Positions 54,208 through 64,000 of a stretch of 64,000 nucleotides of DNA are shown here, piece by piece. The stretch is from the NCBI GenBank assembly GCA_958009085.1, contig OY253679.1, positions 434,001 through 498,000 on the forward strand, in the 5' to 3' direction. This DNA is from Protoeuglena noctilucae (taxonomy: Eukaryota). The notes under the pieces are model-generated. The model was not told the origin of the DNA. It saw only the letters and a program-made list of their open reading frames with translations, and searched no databases. Position 1 is the stretch's first letter; the number at the start of each line of letters is the position of its first letter. The position numbers were made by a program, and so were the translations under genes.

Positions 54208-57047
54208 CTACACGTCCGCGCGCGCCGCTCCCTTGCGCTCGGCGCGGCGCCGTGCGACCTCCTTGCCCTTGCCGATCGCCTCCATGAGGAGCGCGGGGGC
54301 GTAGCGCACGTCGTCGCCGTTCTGCTCGCAGTCCTCGCAGAAGCACAGGAGGATGGTGTCGATGCCCATGTCGTAAACCTGGAAGAAGATCTCGGCGACG
54401 AAGAAGGCCAGGACGCCCGAGAGGATGATGACCAGGAGGGGCGAGGAGAGGGCCGTGGAGGGGTACTTGGAGGCGTCCTTGTAGCGGCTCATCTCTGCGG
54501 CAACGTGGACAGGGGGGGCGGGTCGACTCTCGGGCCTGGGACTGGGGCCGCGCGGGTGGGGGAGCGGTGCCGCGCTCGCAATCTCACGGGTCATGCCGAA
54601 GGCCACGAGGGTGGCCCCCGCGGCGACGGCGATCTTCCCGAGCCAGAGCAGCGCCGTGGCGATGACGTTGACGGCGGCGAAGCGCAGGATGTTCTTGAGG
54701 ATGAGGCTGACGGCGTGGACGGCCGACCAGCAGTAGCCGCGCCCGGTGATGGCCACGACGATGTAGGCGTTCTTGTTGATGAACTGCATGATTTTCTCGA
54801 GGAGCCAGAGGCAGTACTTGAGGCAGCCGGTGAGGATCTTGGCGGCCCTCTCGCCCATGGTGCCCATGCGGGCCTTGATCTGCTTCTCGGACTGCTCGAC
54901 GAGGAAGCGGATCATCTTGATGACGGCGACAATGAAGGAGCCGAAGGCGATGGAGCCGAGGTGCTTGCGCACGACGAGGCCGAAGGCCGACAGGACGGGG
55001 CGGCTGGGGAGCCGGGCGCGCTCGCCGCGGAAGAAGTAGAACTGCACGAAGACCATGGCCAGGACCATGTTGCCCATGCCGAGGATGAACTCGTTGGTCC
55101 AGAAGAGGCCAAAGAGGTGGTAGATGGCCGCGCCCTCGAGCGGCTTGTTCCACGACGTCGAGTAGTGGCAGCTGTACGAGTCGGCGCACGCCGTCTCCTT
55201 CGCCGCCGTGGCGTTGCCGGACATGTACGAGCTGTAGAGCTTGGTGGAGGCCTGGGACACGTCCACGCTCAGGCTGAGCTTGCTGGAGATGTAGGACCCC
55301 ACGCCCAGGCTGGTGCCGAGCGTGTTGTGGTTCTCGTCGAGCGTGCCGGCCGCGAAGAGGAAGGCCATCACGAAGATCCACCACACGATGAGCAACACCT
55401 CGAACATCTGCGCGCAGCGGGGCGGCGGGGCGGGGCCTGTCGCGCACGGCATCGCGAGGCGCGGCGCCGCGGGGCGCGGGGTCACCAGGCCCGGCCTCAC
55501 CAGGGGCACGATGGGCCAGAAGAGCACCATGGGCACGGCCGCGACGGCCTGCGTGGCGACCTTGAGGACGGCGATGGCGATGCGGATGCGGGGGATCATG
55601 AGGATGGTCACCAGGAAGATGAAGCACGTGACGGCGATCGCTGCCCACGTGAAGCCCTTCCACCGCGTGAGCTCACTCGTGCCCTGCACGGCCGTCACGG
55701 CGACTGCGCGGCCGATGGCAAGTGGGGGTCATCCCTCCGCTGCTGCGCGCGGGCGTGTGGCGGCTAGAGGGTCCTGTGCTGACCGCGGGCCCCACCATCA
55801 GCACTCGCACTCACTGGCGCTGGAGTGGATGAGGTTGGCCTTGAGAGAGCAGTAGATGGTCGTGGCGACGGCGATGAGGTTGACGGCGAGGACCGTGAGC
55901 CAGACGAAGAAGCCCGATAGGTAGCGGAGGATGATGAGCCAGATCATGGCCAGGCCGAAGGCCACGAGCATGCCCGAGACGAAGACGATGAGGATGCCCT
56001 TCAGGAGGTCCCCGATGGAGTTCTGGAGCACGTCGCCGGACACGGAGCCGTCGACGGCGTCCAGGCTGTACGAGGTGCCCGAGGCGATGACGGCCTTGAG
56101 CGCGTCCTCTGCGGGGTGGGGCATGGGCGGGGCACTCGAGGGGCCCCGCGCGGCTGCCAGACGCGCGAGAGCCATGCGCATGCCCTCAGCCGGACGCACC
56201 GACCACGCCGTTGACCTGGGGCAGGCAGCGGTTGAGCGTGTCGGTCTGGTTGGTCCAGTTGGGGTAGCATGGTCCCTCGCCCCAGACCAGGGAGAGGTCG
56301 TGGTAGTAGAGGCCCTTGGCGGACGAGGTCGTGATGTTCTCGCGGTAGTTCACGCTCCACTGGTCGATCGAGCTTGGCACCTGCGGCCCGCGACGCATGT
56401 TTGGTGGTCCCTCCTGCAACCCAGCCACAGGCTGCTGTGCTGCTCAAAAGCGACCTATGACTCACCAGGCCGCTCCCGTACACGTTGTAGTCCGAGTAGC
56501 GGGCGTAGGGGCAGGTGAAGCGGCTGTTGCCCGAGCAGGTGAAGACCGCCGAGGGGTCCGTGCCCCACGTGCACACGTCGTTCTCGCCGGGGCACGACTC
56601 CACGCAGACCTTGCGGCCCGTGATGATGGTGGTGGTGCTGAAGAAGTCCAGCTGGTTGATCCAGTAGCTCTTCTTGCGGCTCTTGAAGTCGGGGAAGTAG
56701 CTCGTGTCGCTGCAGGGCATGGGCCGGGAGTGCAGGCTCGCGTGCAAGCCGACGAGCTGCCCTGCGCCCAAGGGAGGCCGCCTGCGACACGAGCAAGCCA
56801 TCTTTGCGGCGTCCTCGTCGCCCCGCCCTCACGTGGTGTTCGAGACCACCTTGGCCAGCTTGCCGGCCTGGCCCTTGTTGTCGGCGCCGCACTGGAAGCC
56901 GTACGAGTCGTGGTCGTAGAGGAGGCGCTCGAAGCCGCCCTTGTTGAACGCGTAGCCGCCGATGATGAACATGCCCACCCAGAAGGCGATGAAGATGATG
57001 AGGCAGAGGATGTCGGTGCAGCGACGATCCTGCACCTTCTTTATCGG
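54208..57047 (-). CDS. CTL1: Choline transporter-like protein (SLC44/CTL/PNS1 family); first exon not resolved
   Basis: RRCTDILCL, DSYGFQCG, CVESCP, RIRIAIA, HLGSIAFGS, FINKNAYI and DTILLCFCED, with multiple TM segments. Confidence 0.9.
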
Positions 57048-58325
57048 CTGCAGAGGAGAGCCAGGAGCCGGTGTAAGCGGTGGCGTTTGCCGGAGTCAAA
57101 GGGGGTAGTCCCGTCAACTAAGAGAATCGGGGGGCGCGCGGTTAGGGGGCGTGGCTGCAAAAGGACATGGCGGGATATCGCGCGCCGCGCGGGTCAGCTC
57201 GCGGCTCGCCCATGCTCCCCACTGCAACCCCGAGTCATGACAGTGCTGCGGCAGCGAGTGGTACTCGATGCAAGCACGAGTCAAAAGAAGGGGGCCCAAG
57301 ACAGGCGCCAAGGCCGCGGGCGCACCGACGGGCCACTTGCGGGGCACATCGCAGCCGCATTCCATCAAAACGCGACCGATCGGTGGGCTCAGCCCCCGAT
57401 CGGGCAGGCAAAGGGCCGGGGGCGGTGTCGTCAAAGACACCCTTCCCCCGGCTCCTGCAGGGCTCTGAGGCCCCTGCGGCACCTCCGCCACGGCCCCTGC
57501 GAAGCCGAAACCTAGTCACGGCACGCTGCACGCGCAAGGGCCCCGATCGAACCCCCGCGGCGGCGAGCGGGAGGCGGCCCGCCAAAGCTGGCAAGGTTCG
57601 GCGTGACCAGGCGTCCCCTCTCCGACGTCTAGGAGACGAGAAACGCGATTTGGAGCGACACCTCGCGACGGCAGAGGCGCGCGCCGGGGGGGCCGCGGCC
57701 AGGGGGGCGGGGATTACTCCTCGCCTCCCCAAGGGCCAGGGGCGGAAATGTCCCCGACGCGTCCTTTTCGTAGCGTCGGGACCAAAGGTACAAGCGGCGC
57801 CCTTGGAAAGATTGGCCGCTCCACGCATTTTGAACGTGGTCGCCTTGCCCGCGACATGCGATGTGCACATCCGCGCGCGCGCGAGGAGGCAGGCACCTCA
57901 TCCTCCGTGGGCTTGTGCCCCTCATCATTGCCGCAGCAGACCATCCCTGCGACTCGATCAGCGGCCGGAGCGTCTCCGGTGCCCACCTAGCCCTGTCTGC
58001 ACTCAAGTCCCGCGAAGCCAAGGGTCCGCGCTCTGCAGCGATGACTCCCACCGTCGGGACTGAAGGTCCCGGCAGCACGGCCAGGGTGTATCCGACCGCG
58101 CGCGGGGCCGTTTCCCCAGTCCTACGTCACGCTGGCACCTGACGCAGCCCACGTGGGGGCCAAGCCTTGAAGTGCGCAAGCCCGCCGCCGCCCTGGGCTA
58201 CTTTGGCAGATCGCGCATCGGATCCCGCCACTCTGCCCACTTGCTCTGCCTCATCCCGTCTTTGGCCGAGTGCTCAGCGCTCCGTGTTCCGTAGCTTGCG
58301 AAGTTCACTTTGATTTTGCTACAGC

Positions 58326-60342
58326 GTGGCGCATGCGTTCTTTGTCATGGTCGGAGATGAATTGAGACCCGGGCGACCTCCTGCCCATCATGCGGCGGGG
58401 GTGTGTGCGGTGCCCGGCCCCGTGGCGGTGGTGATTTGCGGCACGAATGGGACAGGCAAATCCACCATCGCGTCCCTGTTGGCGTCGCGCCTGGGGGTGC
58501 CGCACGTGCTGGCCACGGACGCCGTGCGCCACATGCTGGCCACGCTCGCCGGCGACCCGGTCCTGCAGGCCTCCACGTACGAAGTGCATCGGGCCCTGAC
58601 GTTCCCCGAGGTGAATGGAGGGCATAGATGCATCAATGACTGTCCGCGTTGGCGCGGCGGGCGGGAAGCTTGGTTGGAAAGGGTTGGGTGGAAGATTCCA
58701 GCACAGGGCTCGCCCATCAAATGCCGATTGGCTCGCCGCGTTCGCTTCGCTTGTTCTTGTCGACTGGGATTACGGCGTTGTGTGGGAGCCTCCGACGCTT
58801 ATGCGTCGGCGCCCGCGGGGGCCGCAGCGTGCCGGCCGTGGCCGTCGTTTGAGCTCGGGCGACTTTGCGCGCCGCGCAGGGGACCTCCCACGAGAAGCGC
58901 GTCGTGCGAGGCTACAAGGCGCAGAGCGCGCTCGTCATGCCGGGCGTTGTGGGCGCCCTGCGACGTGTCGCTGCCCGGCACGAGAGCGTCGTGGTGGAAG
59001 GGATCCACCTCAGACCCCGGACCCTGCTGGCGATGACGGCGGAGCTTGAGGCGAGACGCGAGCGAGGGCATGGCGGGCGGAAGTGCATGGGTGCCTCGCC
59101 AGCGTGACCCTCTGCATGCCCCGTCATCTTTGCAGGGCATGGGCATGACGGTGGTTCCCTTCCTCGTGCACGTTCCCGACGCCGCCAAGCACCGAGACCG
59201 CTTCTCCGTCCGCGCGCGCCACATGTCCCTGGTAGGCGGCGCTTGGGTGGTAGTCATGGGTGATGCAGCCCACACCCACCGGGGGTGTTGCTTGGTTACC
59301 AACCCGTCACCGTCCGTGCAGGACGAGGACCGGAATCGTTATGTCAAGTTCTTCGGACACATCCGCATCGTGCAGGACTACCTCCTCCGCGCCGCTGCCA
59401 AGGTGAGCCTCGATGGCGATCGCTGGCCGAGCGCGCACCGCCCCCCTATGGAGGTGGCAATGTCATCCCCGCCCTGTCCGCTATTCCCAGCATGCGGTCC
59501 CGGTCATCAAGAACACGAGCACGGACCGGTCGCTGGCCCTGATCCACGCCACCGTCCAGCGCTGCCTTTCGACCCCTGGTTCGCTCCAGTCCGGCGTGGC
59601 CCACGGGTGCTTCGATCGCGTTCTGAAGTGCTTCCTGGAGTGTGCGGGGGCGTTGTGCGGCGAGCGCAAGGCGCAGCAGATGGCGATGCGGTACTCGAGC
59701 GTGAAGGGGGGCAGTGCGGGGAGCTCCCGCAGCGCGGAGGGACCAGGGAGTGACGGCGCGGGTGGGAGGGACGGCGCGGGGAGCGACGACTGGCCGCCGG
59801 GTCCCCTGCGCGTGCCGGACGGCTGCGAGGGCTTGTCTGGGGTGGCTAGTCTCGGCATGCAGGGGGACGGGGTCGATTTGGCGGACGGGCAGCCGACGGC
59901 GGAGACAGCGGCGCAGGGAGACGCGGAGCCGCGGCTGTGGTGGGCCGCGGGGGCCGACCCTGGCACGCCGAGCGCGGGGTCTGCGGCCGGCCGGGCCTTG
60001 AGCGCAGCGAGCGGCAGCACTGTGCCGGTGGGCGTGGGGATGGGGCGTGACGATGGGCAGGATTGCGGGGCGAGCAGTGGGGAGGAGGGGGCCGAGTGGT
60101 GTCATTGTGGCGAGGGGGTGGTTGGGGCGTGGGGGGCAGATGTCGGGGCATTGGAGGGGGAAAGCGGGGCTGCTTTGGTGGAAAGGGGGGGTTCGGAAGC
60201 GGCCACGTGTTGGCCGGGGACCCTGACGCGATGCAGCCGCTGCTGGGGCCTGAGGCGGGACGTGTGTGGCGATGACGAGTGGGATGCCTCGGACGGGGAG
60301 TGCTCCGTGGGGCCTGGGGACGATGCAGTGGCGCTCGTGTGA
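58326..60342 (+). CDS. LPA1: P-loop NTPase, LPA1 (low phytic acid 1)/2-phosphoglycerate kinase-related; 5' end uncertain
   Basis: VICGTNGTGKSTIASLLASRLG, TDAVRHML, GYKAQS, ESVVVEGIHL, KHRDRFSVRA, NRYVKF and NTSTDRSLALIHATV. Confidence 0.85.
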
Positions 60343-60612
60343 TTGAGCCGCCTGTTGTGCGTTGAAGGAACAAACTTACTGGGTTAAGTGGGATGTCCAC
60401 AGTCTACGCTCGCTCAGTCGCTGCGTCGCAACGCAAGAGTGCCAGAGCCTGTTGGGTGGGGTGCTCCAAGCCTTCTACTCTGCCCTCGCGCTCTCTACTC
60501 CGCTCGCTGACGCCGGCAGCGATCGCGTATCGAGTCCCACAGCAGCGGGGCGTGAGGGTTTGTAGAAAGCCTTTGACGGGACCCCCCGAGCTTCCTCGGC
60601 TGACGCCGTGCG

Positions 60613-62642
60613 ATGGACTTCTCGCTATTCGACGATGATGTCGAGCAGGGAAAGCACGTGCCCATGGAATTCTACGGCAACAAGGGCACGTTCAACATGG
60701 AGGCGGTCCTCAAGGTGTTATGCGCCGCGAGCGGCCCGGCGTTCGACCTGCGCCCCCGATGAAGGCGTTGAGCGTCTGTAATGCTGCCATCTGCGCCCTT
60801 GTATGGGCCGTTTGACCTCCCTATCTCCCGCCTTTGGGCACGCGCAGGAGCAAATCACCCAGTTCTCACTCTACTACATGTCGCTGCCGCCCAACCTGCC
60901 CTTTTCGAGGATCATCGATGAGATCTACAACGGCGTCGACCACGTCGAGCCGTGGATGTCCGGGAACGTGCGCGGGGCGTCCACGGCCTTCTGCCTCCTG
61001 CATCGCCTTTTCGAGGCGAGTGGGGCGCCCTGGGCGGCGATGTAGCTTGCGGAGCGCTTTGGCCGTTGAGCTTCCAACGCGTCGTTGCGCAGATGGGCTT
61101 GAACGAGAAGCAGGTGCGGGCCATGCTCGACACGGAGCTCTCGCCCTTCGTCCGGGCCGTCGGATTCCTCTACCTGCGGTTCAGCTTGAACCCGAGGAAC
61201 ATATGGGACTGGATCAAGGGCTACGTCGACGACGAGGTGAGACAGGGTCCCGATGCAGAGGCCAGGCCGCCTTCTTCCGTATCCTGCTGCGACGTACTCA
61301 GGCTCTCACCCCCCTTGCCTGTGCAGGAGGAGTTCGAGCCTTCTCCGTTCGGTGGCAAGGTCACCATGGGCGCGTATGTTAGGGACGTTTTCCTCGACAT
61401 GTACTACTTCGAGACCATTCTGCCACGCGTCCCGCAGCACATCGTGGTGCGTGGCTCGGCGGGGCCCCCTGCCATGGCACTCGCGCACCCGCCACGGCCC
61501 TGTGTGATACCTGACAGCGTCGCCGTGTTCGCAGAAGCAAATCAAAGACGAGCTGACGAAGCTGGGCCTCCCCTCCGAGCCCAAGGTGCGTTGGGCCTTC
61601 GGGGGGGAAACACAGAGACAATGCAGACTGCTGCATATTCTCCAATGGCTGGGTCACTCCCTGGACTGTCTTGCAGGGCAACGCCGGCACGGGCGGGCGG
61701 ACGCGCCGGGAGGACAACGCGGGGGCGGGGCGTCCCCAGTCGGTCAAGTCGGCCATGTCGATGAAGGTGGGGGGCATCAGCATGACGCGGAAGCACGCTA
61801 GGCGGGACGAGGGCGACCGCGATCGGGGCGGTGACAAGGACCGGGAGCGGGACGGGAACAAGGGGCGGGACCGGGACACCATGCCCCCCCCAGGTGAGCG
61901 GACTCGAGTCGAGAGCGTGACTTCATGTCATGATCATAGCAAGTTTCATGCCCGACCCTCGCCTTGCTGCGTCGCAGCGGACCGCCCGCGCCGTTCGGAT
62001 GCCGGGTGGGAGCGGGAGCGGGATCGGGATCGGGCGGGTCCAGGGGCGCGCGATCGCAGCCGCAGCCGGGAGCGCGACTGGGGACGGGACGGGGGAAGGG
62101 AGGGACGGGGTCCCGGCGACGGCCACGACCGCGAGAGAGGCGGGGCGTGGGGCAGGGGTGGGGGCGGGGAGGGTGACCGGGCGAGGGCGGGGAGGGGCGG
62201 GGGACCCAGGGACGGCCGCGACCGTGGCGACTGGCGGGGCGGGGGCCCGGGGCGGGACAGGGAGAGGGAGCGGGGGAGGGAGCGGGATGAAGACCGGGGC
62301 GGGCGGAGTGCGGCAGACGCATTCCGCGCGGCGCCACACAGCAAGGCAAGCGATCGGGCGCGCGTAGCCGCTACCTGTCGTGCGGCATCGTATCCGTGGG
62401 ATAGAGACGGTGGGATGGGACCCCTTCGTGGAGGACGCTGGTCCCACCCGCTGACTCCCGCTGACCTCCTCCCCTTGCAGTTCCGGGAGTCCGCCCCCGG
62501 GAGTCTCGGGAACCGGACGCTCAGCGACACGTACGGGGACGCGTCGGGCAAGGTCGCCCTGGGGGTCGTCCGGGGGCGGGACGCCACGGCGGGGTCGGTG
62601 GAGGCGTACCGCCTCGGGATGAAGAACCCGTACAAGCACTGA
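60613..62642 (+). CDS. PRPF38B: Pre-mRNA splicing factor 38B-like with Arg/Asp/Gly-rich C-terminus
   Basis: GNKGTFNME, IDEIYNGVDHVEPW, STAFCLL, SPFVRAVGFLYLR and YFETILPRVP, followed by RD/RE/RS repeats. Confidence 0.9.
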
Positions 62643-62721
62643 GTTGTCGCTGCTGCGAGGTTGAGGCCGTTTCAAGAGCGGGCGCGCGTCCGTTGCCAGC
62701 ACGCCAGCACCTGTGCCGCTG

Positions 62722-63327
62722 CTACTCGTCCACTTGCACGTCCTGGATGACGACGAGGCTGAACTCCTGGTAAGGGGCGACCATGATCTCGTGCTGCTTG
62801 GAGCGCACGCGGAGGAACTTGAGGTCGTTCTGCGGGAGACAGGGAGCAGGCAATTGAAGACGAGGAAGCACCCCTTGCGGCAGTCAGTCGGTGCGGGCAG
62901 CTGTTTTGCCACACACCTGGGGGTCGAGGTCGCGAATGCAAGCCCGGGCCATGCGCACGATCGGCGGAATCAGTTCCGCGTACCTCTGGGCGATCTCAGG
63001 AGAAACGGACTTTTCCAAAATCTGCGAAGGCAAAGCGCAGGGGCACGTCCATGCGTCCATCCCCACAGTCCGGGTGCGGCCCATTCGGCGCCGACTGACG
63101 GTAGCCTCGTCACCTTCCCATCTTTGCTCACAACCACGAGCGCCTTGATGGTCACGTTGTTGTGGTAGAGGCGCTGAATGGCGTTCTTGATGTCCAGCGC
63201 ATTCTGCACGCAGAGACGCCTCGCGCGTCCTCCAAAGTCCATGCGCCGTTGAGATTCACATGCAGGTGTCCCAGTTGCGATAACGCCCGGAAGGGGCCAG
63301 CGGAGAACGCAAGCTACTCACCTCCAT
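62722..63327 (-). CDS. DYNLRB: Dynein light chain, Roadblock/LC7 family, 4 exons (6-nt first coding exon ATGGAG)
   Basis: IQRL...[38 protein letters not shown] and FSLVVIQ. Confidence 0.9.
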
Positions 63328-63923
63328 TACTTTCCACACGCCCCCCTGCCCGCCCGGCATCGTGCCCCCGACCCACACCACCGACGACAGCCGCTGTTGC
63401 CTTCCACGGACGCCTGAGCACGCGGCCTTGGCTGGAGACGATGGTTTCCTGCGGTCCATCGAGCGAGGGGCATGCCGTGCATGTCGCAGACACCGGGACC
63501 CCGCGGGGCAAAAGCTTGGCAGTCAGCCTGCTCGCACGCACACCAGAAGTCGCTTGTCACCACGCCAGGCCCGGGCAGCGACGTCGTCGCTTGGGGAAGA
63601 GAGCTGATTGATGCTGCCCTGCTGCAGGGAATGTTTTGGCCACGAGCTGTGATTCGACGGTTTTATTGGATTTACGGAAACGATGGGAGAGTTTTGCCTG
63701 TCTGTGCGCTGCGCAGCCGCTGAATGTTTACTGGCGGGTAGGGTCTTTCAAGTCTGAAGTCCCCTGCCCGGCCTCCCTTTCGATTCATCGCTTACACATG
63801 GGAAAGTAGCCGGCAATGGGAACGCTCGGTTTCGAGGGTGCGGCTCGCTGACCCGGGGCTGCGTCTTGCCGCCCCCCGCGGTCGGTGCGCGGTGAATTAC
63901 CGCCGAGTGGAGCGCGGGTCGGG

Positions 63924-64000
63924 ATGCGGGCTTTGCTGGTGGCGGGGCACCACCAGGGGGTGGGCAAGACGACGGTGTGCGTCGGCCTCATCGCGTGGAT
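63924..64000 (+). CDS. N-terminus of a SIMIBI-class P-loop NTPase (CobB/CbiA, BioD or Pta/DRTGG-like), truncated by the window
   Basis: MRALLVAGHHQGVGKTTVCVGLIAW: a beta-strand followed by GVGKTT at the extreme N-terminus. Confidence 0.6.
   Translation, partial: MRALLVAGHHQGVGKTTVCVGLIAW

Noticed and set aside
57167..58142. ORFs of 298 aa (+) and 211 aa (-) between CTL and LPA1
   Set aside because: No recognisable motifs. The region probably holds the divergent promoter and unresolved first exons of CTL and LPA1, so I cannot support a separate gene.
61980..62310. G-rich repetitive sequence
   Set aside because: It encodes the RD/RG-rich tail typical of PRP38B proteins.

Overview
This is a GC-rich, gene-dense eukaryotic nuclear window with many short spliceosomal introns, so most ORFs in the six-frame track are exon fragments or GC-driven shadow ORFs. 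It is very probably from a flagellated photosynthetic green alga, because it carries the thylakoid protein PSB33/TEF5, a DUF1350 protein, a plant-type LPA1, an NPK1-like kinase and axonemal dynein assembly factor DNAAF3. Splicing by hand gives about 24 genes: RRM protein (truncated), endosulfine, PRMT1, DNAAF3, PSB33, PP6c, PIMT, RNR2, PP1c, NPK1/ANP-like MAPKKK, F-box/LRR, two orphan genes, PUS1, a small C2H2 zinc-finger gene invisible in the ORF track, a large kinase-RING-RING2(RBR-like)-putative TM-Pro-rich-beta-helix fusion gene, NUP88-like, CPSF100, DUF1350, a CTL/SLC44 transporter, LPA1-like, PRP38B, Roadblock/LC7 and a truncated P-loop NTPase. Three things stand out: (1) the kinase/RBR-like E3/beta-helix protein, which may have inverted (type II) receptor topology; (2) unusually frequent GC-AG introns, about 21 of roughly 125 introns I could place, all with donor AG|GC(G/A)AG; (3) a PIMT with an in-frame extension resembling a transit peptide plus twin-arginine signal. 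I found no rRNA, tRNA, CRISPR or recognisable transposon. All gene models and family calls come from manual reading and motif recall, not from database searches.
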